This document shows positions 1 to 9,398 of a DNA stretch of 34,656 nt, piece after piece. The stretch spans positions 1 through 34,656 of the forward strand of contig JBECUL010000021.1 in NCBI GenBank assembly GCA_040225955.1. The letters run 5' to 3'. The notes under the pieces were generated by a model. That model ran no database searches. It was not told where the DNA came from and saw only the letters and a list, made by a program, of their open reading frames with translations. This DNA is from Candidatus Asgardarchaeum abyssi. Lineage in GTDB: Archaea; Asgardarchaeota; Asgardarchaeia; Asgardarchaeales; Asgardarchaeaceae. Every line of letters begins with the position of its first letter. The first letter of the stretch is position 1. The position numbers and the translations under genes are program-made.

Positions 1-61
1 AAGCCGGCGGCCACACGCACCCTCTTTAAATATTAGAAAACGAGCGACGAAGTTATAAGTT

Positions 62-334
62 TTTCATATCAGACTATTTTACAAAGGAAAATATGTTTTT
101 GCTTCATTTTTATTCAATGGAAACTTAACAGAAAATATGTTGTCGTTGAAAGAAAGTTTTGATAACGTTACTACTGAATATTCATCAATTTCTGTAATTT
201 CATCAGATTTTAACCCTGTTAATGGTACTTTACATATTTACCTCATTATACCAATCGAATTCTATACATTTGTCAGCGAGAATGTAAAACTCCTTTTAAG
301 GGGGAAGAAACGTATCGCATACGAATGGTCTTAG
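62..334 (+). pseudogene. 5'-truncated, frameshifted first repeat of the downstream membrane protein
   Basis: The frame of ORF 137..334 is open from ~59 and reads RLFYKGKYVFASFLFN...LHIYLIIPIE...LLRG. This resembles RFYYGIYLNIFDLIFN...IMIKADVPIE...VFRG inside ORF 325..1509 (alignment by eye). Confidence 0.5.
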
Positions 335-1509
335 ATTCTAGAGGAATTATTAAGGAATACGAAGCGTATATTAAAGATACTCTTATGAATGAGGATAATC
401 AAACACTTACTCGAATAATCTCACGTAAGGTTAAACTTAAAGAATACGGGTTATTTGAACCATTATCTATAGAAAAAGTGAATCTCACTCTTGTAATCAT
501 TGAGACCGTTTTTATCTTTGTAGGCTTTTCTTTGGGTGTTATATATGCTAGAGCTAAGATTTTAAAAAAGGCGAAATCGATAAAGTCTATTACTATGCTT
601 ATCTTACTGTTATGTTTACTTATAACTAACTACATCATATTTCCTATTAATGCTAACGAGTTTTACAAATCTGGTGAGGTATATGTGTATTCCTATACTA
701 TCTTTGCGAAAACAATATTTTGGGATGGTGATACAGTAGAAAGTTACATGTCGACCAAGATCAAGCTAGAAATACTAGGCTTTGATAATAAAACACTTTT
801 TGTAACATATAAGGTTACGAATGCCCAATTTAAACAATATCTGATTGAAAAAGGATCGAAAAATGTGAATAATTCGTTATTAGAAATTAAAATAGATCTG
901 CAAGACTCAGATTCTAACGGCTTTTATGAATTCTTTCCTCGTTTTTATTATGGCATTTACTTAAATATATTCGACCTTATTTTTAATTCGGATGTAAATA
1001 TTCATTACAATGCTATTAAAAATACCATAGAAGAACATATCAATAAGGCCTATCCAAATATCAACATTAAATGTAATGTCTCAAACATAGAGAGAAAGAT
1101 CATGATAAAGGCAGATGTACCCATTGAAACATCCTTTCCAGTAATGCGTATAGATGATACACCCTCTTCCATATGTGATGCGGATTGTGTTTTTCGGGGA
1201 TATCTTAATAAAACATTTTCTATCACTCTTAGAGATAATGGTTTACTTGAAAAATATCAAGAAACTTCCAATGAGATTTTACGTAATAGGAGCAATAAAA
1301 CAATTTTATTCTCAGGACAAAAGAAAATAGAGTTGGAATTAAATAAATATAACATTCTTGACTTGATAAGTCGAAACTTAGAAGTAAGTGCGATGATAAT
1401 TGCAGCACTATCAGCAGTGATGGGATTTATAGTTGGATATTTAACATGGAAAAAGGCTCTTAAAAAGGCAGCAAGACAGCATTACAATGATTTATATTTT
1501 GTTACTTAG
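325..1509 (+). CDS. Hypothetical membrane-anchored protein (two N-proximal TM helices, beta-rich domain, C-terminal TM plus basic tail)
   Basis: 394-aa ORF with hydrophobic segments at ~54-76, ~90-108 and ~355-376. No recognisable catalytic motif; start uncertain. Confidence 0.7.
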   Translation: MVLDSRGIIKEYEAYIKDTLMNEDNQTLTRIISRKVKLKEYGLFEPLSIEKVNLTLVIIETVFIFVGFSLGVIYARAKILKKAKSIKSITMLILLLCLLITNYIIFPINANEFYKSGEVYVYSYTIFAKTIFWDGDTVESYMSTKIKLEILGFDNKTLFVTYKVTNAQFKQYLIEKGSKNVNNSLLEIKIDLQDSDSNGFYEFFPRFYYGIYLNIFDLIFNSDVNIHYNAIKNTIEEHINKAYPNINIKCNVSNIERKIMIKADVPIETSFPVMRIDDTPSSICDADCVFRGYLNKTFSITLRDNGLLEKYQETSNEILRNRSNKTILFSGQKKIELELNKYNILDLISRNLEVSAMIIAALSAVMGFIVGYLTWKKALKKAARQHYNDLYFVT

Positions 1510-2152
1510 CCTTTTTTCTTTTTTCCTCAAAAAATTGTGCCGCATAAATATGTTTACAAGGTATCTTTATATTTCCTTTAAACATACGATTAATATTCTT
1601 ATAAAATTTACAAGTGCAAGTTAGTTGAGTTAAGTTTACTTGATAACCTTCTACTATATAAATTCCTGGACGTATTGGATTTATCTTTAATGGTGAAATA
1701 TTTTCTGCTAGTTCCTTATTCCTTTTAATGATATATTCTACGTAGGCTCTTCTTGATAATTCAGCTGCTTCCTCATTTGCATATTTCGGAATCCAAACAA
1801 AATCATAAGATTTAAAATTAGTTAGAAGTTTCTGCGTTCTTCTATATAATGGTTTAAGTCTTTTAGAGCTAACTCCAAGCTCTCCTTTAAGCTGTTTGAT
1901 TACACCAACATTATCCCCGTATATTTGGACATGTTCACTCGTAATATTATGCTCAACAAGCCATTCTAGTGCTTTTAGCATACCTACATACTCTGCTGTA
2001 TGAATGGTTGCATTATCTGAATTTGGTTCAGCGGCGAGTCCCCAATCTTTGGCAAGCAACTTATTATCTTCATATATTAAAAAACTATATGTTGCAATTC
2101 CCCTTTTATTTCTTGGTTTACATAAACCATCGAAAAATACGCGAATCACCAT
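1502..2152 (-). CDS. rnhA: Archaeal type 1 ribonuclease H (RNase HI) fused to a C-terminal SWIM zinc finger
   Basis: FFDG (D8), AEY (E54), YGD (D80) and WIPKYANEEA follow the crenarchaeal RNase HI pattern. C-terminal CTC-x17-CKH matches the SWIM motif. Confidence 0.85.
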   Translation of the reverse strand: MVIRVFFDGLCKPRNKRGIATYSFLIYEDNKLLAKDWGLAAEPNSDNATIHTAEYVGMLKALEWLVEHNITSEHVQIYGDNVGVIKQLKGELGVSSKRLKPLYRRTQKLLTNFKSYDFVWIPKYANEEAAELSRRAYVEYIIKRNKELAENISPLKINPIRPGIYIVEGYQVNLTQLTCTCKFYKNINRMFKGNIKIPCKHIYAAQFFEEKRKKAK

Positions 2153-2459
2153 TCTTCACCATTTTTATACTCGTAAAACTCTTCTAATATTCAATGTAAG
2201 GCAACCTACTCTCAAGATACAGTATAGTAAACACTTTAAAAATTTATCTCCAAAAATAAATGTAAATGTGAGAAAATGTCTCTGTTGCTACTAAGTGTAA
2301 AACCTTACATAGCGCTCAGCAGGGAGGTATGACGTTTTGCAATCTATATATTACCTTAAAATGAATTTTATAACTTCTAAATTTATCTTGAACCAATAAA
2401 GCTGTAGTTTTTCATAAAACGCGTAAACTTAATATACTAAAAAATTTTAAGAGAAAGGC

Positions 2460-2903
2460 ATGTTAGATGAAAAAGATTTAAAGATATTATTTGAATTACG
2501 TCGTGACTCGAGGCAAACAACTCAAGCACTATCTAGGATTCTCGATATACCTAGATCAACAATACATGAGAGAATAAAGAAAATGGTTCAAAATGGATAT
2601 ATAAAACAGTTTACAGTTATACCTGATTACAAAAAAATTGGATTACCTATCACAGCATTCATTCACGTCTCATTTCTTCCAAATCCTGAGGTCTCTCAAA
2701 GAACATTAGCTGAGAAAATTTCAAAGATAGAGGGAGTTCATGAAGTTCACATAGTTTCTGGAGAGTGGGATTTGATATTAAAAGTTAGAGCTAAGAGCGT
2801 TGAGGATGTTGGAAGGCTAGTCGTAGATAGATTACGAAAAATACGCGGCGTTGGTAAGACGCAAACAAGTATTGTTTTTTCAACAGTTAAAGAGGTTGTA
2901 TGA
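2460..2903 (+). CDS. Lrp/AsnC family transcriptional regulator
   Basis: LDEKDLKIL...DSR N-terminal HTH, PDYKKIG linker, VSGEWDL RAM domain; 147 aa. Confidence 0.95.
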   Translation: MLDEKDLKILFELRRDSRQTTQALSRILDIPRSTIHERIKKMVQNGYIKQFTVIPDYKKIGLPITAFIHVSFLPNPEVSQRTLAEKISKIEGVHEVHIVSGEWDLILKVRAKSVEDVGRLVVDRLRKIRGVGKTQTSIVFSTVKEVV

Positions 2904-3071
2904 ATTAATAGAAAAACAAAGTACTAAGCAGTTATATATATCAGAGTTATAAAGGAAAAAATTGTATAAATTTACTTTTAATTTTTTAATACTTCTTTTT
3001 ATGATAGAGTTAATGTTAAAAATCATAGAAATTTTAGTATATCTATAGTATTAATAGAAAGGTGTACAGTT

Positions 3072-3854
3072 GTGGCAGAGGGACTAGTTATTATAAATCC
3101 ACTGATAAGGATAGCATCGTCACTAAAAGATACATACTTGAGATGCTTAGTACATGCTGATTTAGTTGGTGTATTACTTCGTCAAAAGAAGTATGAGCAA
3201 GCAAATGAAATACTAAAAAATCTTTTTAACGATGTGATTAAGATCGAAGATCCGAAAACACGAGCAGAAGTCTTTGGTTCTTTATTAGATATATTGAAAA
3301 AAGTAAAATGTGAAGGAATAAAAGATTTACTAGATCAGATATTAAAAAATGCGTCTTCTGTGCTTTCTAAAAGACATCTTGCAAACATGTATGTATTGGC
3401 TGCTGAAACCCTAGCAACAAATGGATTTGATAAAGAGTCAAACGAAGTTTTCGTTAAGGCTTTTGCCTTAGTACGTGAAATGACAGATTTGGAAGAAATG
3501 GCAATGACTATTTGTACAGTTAGTGCAGCTATCACTTTAAGTAAACTTCCATTAAGTGAGAGCGCAGTACAGGATATTATAAATACAACCTTGAAAATGC
3601 CCCAGCCATTCAGAGATAGAGCGCTAAGATGCTCATCAGAGATACTTATTCATGCAGGAAATATAAAAAAGGCTGAAGAACTTGCTGATACCATTGAGAA
3701 TGTTAATGAAAGGGATGCAGCATATAGAGAACTTGCAAAGCATCTTATTTCAAAGGCAAACTATGCTCATGCTATACAAATTATAGAAAAAATCTCAAAA
3801 GAAGAAGAAAAAGCTTGTATTCTTAGATATTGGGCATCAAGTATAATTGAGTAA
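3072..3854 (+). CDS. Alpha-helical repeat (TPR-like) hypothetical protein
   Basis: GTG start after AAGGTG SD. Repeated helical pairs ending I-E/K-D/N-x-x-x-R (IEDPKTRAE, IENVNERDA, ISKEEEKA). Confidence 0.7.
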   Translation: MAEGLVIINPLIRIASSLKDTYLRCLVHADLVGVLLRQKKYEQANEILKNLFNDVIKIEDPKTRAEVFGSLLDILKKVKCEGIKDLLDQILKNASSVLSKRHLANMYVLAAETLATNGFDKESNEVFVKAFALVREMTDLEEMAMTICTVSAAITLSKLPLSESAVQDIINTTLKMPQPFRDRALRCSSEILIHAGNIKKAEELADTIENVNERDAAYRELAKHLISKANYAHAIQIIEKISKEEEKACILRYWASSIIE

Positions 3855-3881
3855 GATCTTTTTAGCATGTATTTCTTGGTT

Positions 3882-3925
3882 TTGTCAAAAAAACTCAACT
3901 ACCTTTTGTTTAGTTTTTTTGACAA
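3882..3925. promoter_or_regulatory. Perfect 14-bp inverted repeat just upstream of the ABC operon TATA box
   Basis: TTGTCAAAAAAACT (3882-3895) / AGTTTTTTTGACAA (3912-3925), followed by TTTTTTATAAT at ~3930-3940. Confidence 0.5.
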
Positions 3926-3971
3926 TTAATTTTTTATAATGCATTAGTAAGTATTATTATTGGGGATTATT

Positions 3972-4748
3972 ATGGTAAATCCTATTGAAACAGAAAACCT
4001 AACAAAAGTATTTGGTGAAATAGTTGCAGTGGATCATGTATCGTTTGAGGTAAGAGAGGGTGAAATATATGGCTTACTAGGCCCTAATGGTGCTGGTAAG
4101 ACAACGACTCTAAAGATGGTAACTGGAATTTTAAAGCCTAGTGATGGTACTGTAAGAGTTTTTGGTAAGGAACCTAATGAAGATTTAAGTATTAAAAACC
4201 TAATAGGATATGTCCCAGAAGAGATGGTTCTGTATGAGTCGCTCACACCAAATGAATTTTTCGAATTCATAGTATCCATAAGAGGTCTTGATTATTTTTC
4301 CGTATCTAAACGAATTTCTACTTTGGTAGAAGCATTTGCGCTAGAGAAATACTACAATACACCGATTGCTGGGTTATCCATGGGTACTAAACAAAAAGTA
4401 GCTATTATCGCAGCGCTATTACATAATCCGCCCTTACTTGTACTGGATGAACCCTTAAATGGCCTCGATGTCCGATCAGCTAAGATTTTAAAAGAGATTC
4501 TAAACATACATATTAAAAATGGTGGTGCTGTCTTATTTTCTACCCACATAATGGAAATTGCTGAAAATATGTGTACCAGAATAGGAATTATAAACAAAGG
4601 AAAAATCGTTGCTGAGGGAGATATTTCTCAACTCAGAAAGATGTTTGAAGAAACAACTGATGCTACCTTAGAGGAAATATTCCTAAAAATAACTCAACAA
4701 GAGGAAGGCCTAGAGGAAGTAATTGACTCCTTGAAGGAGGTCTTCTAA
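3972..4748 (+). CDS. ABC-2 type exporter ATP-binding subunit
   Basis: Walker A GPNGAGKTT, signature LSMGTKQK, Walker B LLVLDEP, STH H-loop. Confidence 0.95.
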   Translation: MVNPIETENLTKVFGEIVAVDHVSFEVREGEIYGLLGPNGAGKTTTLKMVTGILKPSDGTVRVFGKEPNEDLSIKNLIGYVPEEMVLYESLTPNEFFEFIVSIRGLDYFSVSKRISTLVEAFALEKYYNTPIAGLSMGTKQKVAIIAALLHNPPLLVLDEPLNGLDVRSAKILKEILNIHIKNGGAVLFSTHIMEIAENMCTRIGIINKGKIVAEGDISQLRKMFEETTDATLEEIFLKITQQEEGLEEVIDSLKEVF

Positions 4749-6463
4749 TGAGGATTTTTAAATATTTTTTTGATAAGAGAATATGGCAAATTGCAGCAAA
4801 AACACGTAATGAATTAATTTTTAAATCACTTCTTGAGACAAGTTTAGGTTATTCGGAAAGTTCGTTAGAGGGAGATGTTGAAAAGGCTTTAAAGAAAGTA
4901 TTATTTAATGTAAAGATGAATCGTATAGTTCTCCCAATAGTGTTTTTAATGGTGATATTTGCTCTTATTTTCCCTATTTTGTTTTTCTCTGAATGGTTGT
5001 CAGAATCTTTAAACTATCCTATGTTGCATATTTACTTTTCCCTATTTTCTACATATTTCGTTTCAATATTTACGCTATTTGCAATTTTTGGAATGATGTA
5101 TTCCACATCGCTATTTACATCAAAAATTTATATGTTGCTCTCCTCTCTCCCTCTTGATAAGAAAGAACTTGAAGCAATTTCCTTATTATCATTTATTCAA
5201 ATATATGACACTTTATTGTTAGTTTCAACAGTAGGTTACCCTATTCTCTTAATAATTATTACTGGAGATGTGATATTAGCTCTTCTTATTTTCATACTGA
5301 GCATTTTTAATATCATGATAGCAATTACCGTTTTAGTCTACTTATCAAAGTTGTTTTATACAAGAGTAATTTCTATGGGAGGGACGAAGCTGAAATCGAT
5401 TTTAAGAACATTACTTGTAATCGCTTGGGGTGCTATATTCTTTGGTATTTACTTTTTCTCCTCATTAGCAACAGAAGTATTCCCCTATGTAATTGATTTC
5501 TTTATAACTACGAGCAATATTGGTTACATAACAGCACTACTTTTGATATATCCATTTCCGTTTGCTTATCTGATAGCATCATATTATACTTCTACCTTCA
5601 CCCTTTCATTTTACGTTTCTGTCATTGTATCGTTGGGATATATATTATTAGCCATAGTTGGAGTATCTAAAGCTGCTAATATGCTTTTTGGAATTGCTAA
5701 AGGAGAGCTTGTTACATTGCCTACAGAACTTGCTGAGAAATATAAACAATTTAAGATAAAATTAAAGATAACTCACCCAATAATCGCTATCATTAAGAAA
5801 GACTTCAGATTGGTCTCAAGAAAACCGTCTTACGCTTTTATCTTTGCATTCCCCGTGATAATGTCTATTATTCAAATATTCCCTGCAACACGAGGTACTA
5901 ATATGGAGCCTTTCTTAATACTTATGACACTCTGGGGCATTGCGTTTCCACTCCTATTTTTTGCTGTCTATTTTGGTGGAATAGATGGACAAGTGTCAAG
6001 TTATATAAGGTTGCTACCAATAAGTTTTAAAAAGACGGTATTGGCAAAAACTATTTTTTTCATAATTATTTATTTTTTTGGACTATTAACAACTCTAATT
6101 ATATATAGTGTTAGCAGCGCATATTACGGAGTATTACTATTTTCACAATCTCTATTGATTAATTATATGCTGGCTTACATTTTAAATTCGATACCTTTAG
6201 CTGCTACTTTATACTTTACAATAACACTTACATTTTATAAAATGCAAACAAAAGGAATTTCCTTGATAACATTGGGATCTGAATATGGTCTCATACTATC
6301 TGTGATTGTTATAGGACTAGTAGGATTATTTGCTCCTCCTCTAATAGCCGCTTTTCTTGAATCTTTTATCCCTCTGTCATATTTCTTAATATACACGTTC
6401 ATCAATTCCATAGAGTTAATCACATTCCATGCATTTGCAGAGTTGCTTTTCCGCAAGCTTTAA
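4748..6463 (+). CDS. ABC exporter permease (polytopic, duplicated halves)
   Basis: TAATG overlap with the ATPase gene; ~14 TM segments; KKDFRLVSR and LLPI motifs typical of ABC-2 permeases. Confidence 0.85.
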   Translation: MRIFKYFFDKRIWQIAAKTRNELIFKSLLETSLGYSESSLEGDVEKALKKVLFNVKMNRIVLPIVFLMVIFALIFPILFFSEWLSESLNYPMLHIYFSLFSTYFVSIFTLFAIFGMMYSTSLFTSKIYMLLSSLPLDKKELEAISLLSFIQIYDTLLLVSTVGYPILLIIITGDVILALLIFILSIFNIMIAITVLVYLSKLFYTRVISMGGTKLKSILRTLLVIAWGAIFFGIYFFSSLATEVFPYVIDFFITTSNIGYITALLLIYPFPFAYLIASYYTSTFTLSFYVSVIVSLGYILLAIVGVSKAANMLFGIAKGELVTLPTELAEKYKQFKIKLKITHPIIAIIKKDFRLVSRKPSYAFIFAFPVIMSIIQIFPATRGTNMEPFLILMTLWGIAFPLLFFAVYFGGIDGQVSSYIRLLPISFKKTVLAKTIFFIIIYFFGLLTTLIIYSVSSAYYGVLLFSQSLLINYMLAYILNSIPLAATLYFTITLTFYKMQTKGISLITLGSEYGLILSVIVIGLVGLFAPPLIAAFLESFIPLSYFLIYTFINSIELITFHAFAELLFRKL

Positions 6464-6619
6464 ATGTCTAATATTTAAAGATAAAAAACTTTTAGTCTGT
6501 AAAAGGTTACGTTTTTATACTTTTACAACATAAACTATTTTCAATTAAGTATAAAATGATCAATTCATAATTATTTATATTATTACTCCAGTAATTTTTG
6601 GGGGCTTGGGTGTATTAAT

Positions 6620-7537
6620 ATGATTCCCCGTAAAGAAGAGTATTTACTACTTGACGTGCTACATAGGATATTAACTTATTATCGCCAGAAGAATATAGAT
6701 TTCAATATAGAAGATTTGGTTCATTTCACAAAAAAATATCTCACAGGGTTTGAGTGGGAGCATGAATTTGCTCGAATTGTGAGCTCTATGGGGTTTATTG
6801 CTTTAAAATTAGACCCTGTAGTGCCTCAACCATTGCTTGTTAATGAGGTTGAAGTTTTTGATTTTTTATTATTCATGGGCGATAAGGGATATGCCGTTGA
6901 ATGTAAAGTTAGAGATGATCCATTAATAATAGGAAAAGAAAGAGTTGAAAGACAGCTCCAATTCACGAAATTGTTACATTTAGAAGACCTACTAGTTGCC
7001 TGGAAAAGTGATATATTCTGGTTTCTTTTTTCGGCAAAGGCACTAAAAGAGAAATCTGATAACAATCTTGCAATCTCTTTCAATGAGATATTTGATATTC
7101 TTCTAAGAGAGTTAGCAAAAGAGCAAGCTCTGATGGACGTAAATATAAATCCTAGTGGTTTAATTAAAATGGGGGGTATGTATGCTGGCGTGGCTTCTCG
7201 TGCGCTTACATTCAGAGAACTCTTAGGTCTATATGGTTCTAAACCTCAAGAGAAAAAGTGTTATATTTGTAAAAAACCAACATACTACACGTGCAGATCT
7301 TGTGGTAAGCCAATATGCTTGAGTCATTCTGTTCAATGCGAAATAGAGCATGAAATTTATTGTAATGAATGTGCTAGATCGAGACGATGTAAAAGGTGCG
7401 GCAGACTCGGATGCACACAGTGTGTTGATGATAGTGGGATTTGCTATGAGTGCCATTATTTAGACGAGGTAAAGGAGATTGCAAAGGGACTGGCTGAAAA
7501 GTCAAAATATATTTTCTCAAAATCTGAAAATATTTAA
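6620..7537 (+). CDS. Hjc-like PD-(D/E)XK nuclease with C-terminal multi-zinc-finger domain
   Basis: GFEWEHE..GF..FDFL..AVECK..LVAWK..WFLF matches the Hjc fold motifs. The tail has eight CxxC/CxxH-type ligand pairs. Confidence 0.7.
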   Translation: MIPRKEEYLLLDVLHRILTYYRQKNIDFNIEDLVHFTKKYLTGFEWEHEFARIVSSMGFIALKLDPVVPQPLLVNEVEVFDFLLFMGDKGYAVECKVRDDPLIIGKERVERQLQFTKLLHLEDLLVAWKSDIFWFLFSAKALKEKSDNNLAISFNEIFDILLRELAKEQALMDVNINPSGLIKMGGMYAGVASRALTFRELLGLYGSKPQEKKCYICKKPTYYTCRSCGKPICLSHSVQCEIEHEIYCNECARSRRCKRCGRLGCTQCVDDSGICYECHYLDEVKEIAKGLAEKSKYIFSKSENI

Positions 7538-7595
7538 TTTTTAATATTTCTTCTTTCACATCTTGCATTTGTTAAGTAGAAGTGAGGTATCTTTT

Positions 7596-9398
7596 ATGTA
7601 TGGATGGATGGGTAAATGCGCTTACATTGAGTTATCCACTCAAAAAGTTGAAATTATTGACACTAATGAGGCCCTTGTTAAAAAATTCCTAGGCGGCTCT
7701 GGAGTCGGAATAAAATTATTATTTGATCTCCTTTCTCCAAGGATTGCTCCTCTCTCCCCATCAAATATACTAATTTTTGCCCCGGGTCCTATAACGGCCT
7801 CCAGAATTTATGGTACTGGAAGGCATGCAGTTATTACCAAATCTCCATTAACAGGATATATTGGCGATGCAACTTCAGGTGGATATTTCGGAGCTTATTT
7901 AAAGAAAGCAGGGTTTGATTATATTTTAATAAGTGGCAAATCTGAAAAACCAATATATCTAGAAATTAATGATGGAAGCGTATCTTTTCATAAAGCTGAT
8001 GATCTTTGGGGTCTTGGCACGAAGGAGACAATAAAGCAATTGAAGTCTATTTATGGTAAGAAGTCCGGTGTTGCTGCAATAGGCCCTGCTGGTGAGAATA
8101 TGGTTCTTTTCGCTGCAATTATGAATGATGAAATTAATGCTGCTGGTAGAACAGGTATCGGCGCTGTGATGGGAAGTAAGAAACTTAAAGCTATAGTTGC
8201 AGTAGGCGATAGAAACGTAGAAGAAGCAAAACCTGATGAACTTGACAAATTATTAGATAAAATGAATGCAAGAATTACTTGGAGCCCTATGCTGGGCCAT
8301 GCTTTAAGAGAATTTGGTACATCTGCTCTGGTAAATCTTATTAATGAATCTGGAATCTTGCCAACAAAAAACTTTGAATATGGAGTTTATGAATATGCGG
8401 AGGAAATTTCAGGTGAAAGTCTTCGTGATAAAATATTAATTTCTCGTAGAACTTGCTATAATTGCCCGGTTGCTTGCAAACGTGTAACAAAAACTAAGAG
8501 TGCTGAAGGAGAAGGACCTGAATATGAGACAATAGTAAATCTTGGATCTATGCTGATGATTAATAATATTGAACAGATTGCGGAGTTAAATTACCTATGC
8601 AATGATCTCGGTATTGATACGATTTCCGCTGGCGGTACACTAGCTACCTATCTAGAGTTATCAGAGTTAAATAAAGTTCCAGAGAAGGTTGAGTGGGGTG
8701 ACTTTGAAAAAATTAAAGAACTATTAGTAAACATAGCCTATAGAAAAGGTATAGGTAACTATCTAGCAGATGGTTCTAAGAGATTAGCTGAGAAGTTTGG
8801 TGCCCCAGAGGTTTCTGTTACTGTAAAAAGCTTAGAAGTTCCTGCATATGATCCAAGGGGTGCATTCGGAATGGCTTTATCCTATGCAACATCATATCGC
8901 GGAGCATGTCATTTAAGAAGCTGGGCGATTTCCTTTGAAATAATTGGTGTGCCAAATTTAGTTGATAGATTCTCTATAATTGAAAAACCAACTCTTGTTA
9001 AATATACTCAAGATTTATCAGCAGTTTATGATAGCTTAGTTATGTGTAAACATTATAGCATTGAGTTTGATGAAGATTACTTGGCTCTGATGCTTACTTA
9101 TGTAACTGGAGTTCAATATGCTAAAGAGGATGTTCTTAAAATTGGAGAGCGTATATGGAATCTTGCTAGATTATTTAACTTAAGGGAAGGTATGAAAAAA
9201 GATGAAGACAAGCTTCCTAAGAAATTTGAAAAACCTTTACCTTCTGGACCAGCAGCTGGCAAGATAATACCATTTGACATTATGTTAAAAACATACTATA
9301 ACGTAAGAGGATGGACAGAGGATGGTGTTCCAAGTGATAAAAAATTGAGTGAATTAAATTTGGTAAAGGAGGGAGAGATGTTTGGACGAGCTAGATAG
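7596..9398 (+). CDS. aor: Tungsten-dependent aldehyde:ferredoxin oxidoreductase family protein
   Basis: KSPLTG, GPAGEN, AGRTGIGAVMGSKKLKA, CYNCPVAC, DLGIDTIS, RGACH. ATG at 7596 follows a GAGGT SD. Confidence 0.95.
   Translation: MYGWMGKCAYIELSTQKVEIIDTNEALVKKFLGGSGVGIKLLFDLLSPRIAPLSPSNILIFAPGPITASRIYGTGRHAVITKSPLTGYIGDATSGGYFGAYLKKAGFDYILISGKSEKPIYLEINDGSVSFHKADDLWGLGTKETIKQLKSIYGKKSGVAAIGPAGENMVLFAAIMNDEINAAGRTGIGAVMGSKKLKAIVAVGDRNVEEAKPDELDKLLDKMNARITWSPMLGHALREFGTSALVNLINESGILPTKNFEYGVYEYAEEISGESLRDKILISRRTCYNCPVACKRVTKTKSAEGEGPEYETIVNLGSMLMINNIEQIAELNYLCNDLGIDTISAGGTLATYLELSELNKVPEKVEWGDFEKIKELLVNIAYRKGIGNYLADGSKRLAEKFGAPEVSVTVKSLEVPAYDPRGAFGMALSYATSYRGACHLRSWAISFEIIGVPNLVDRFSIIEKPTLVKYTQDLSAVYDSLVMCKHYSIEFDEDYLALMLTYVTGVQYAKEDVLKIGERIWNLARLFNLREGMKKDEDKLPKKFEKPLPSGPAAGKIIPFDIMLKTYYNVRGWTEDGVPSDKKLSELNLVKEGEMFGRAR

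Noticed and set aside
1-65. GC-rich start (minus strand GAGGGTGCGTGTGGCCGCCGGCTT) after a BRE/TATA as a tRNA, RNase P or SRP 5' end
   Set aside because: Only ~24 nt are visible with no diagnostic motif; it fits an SD plus GTG start of a gene cut off by the window equally well.
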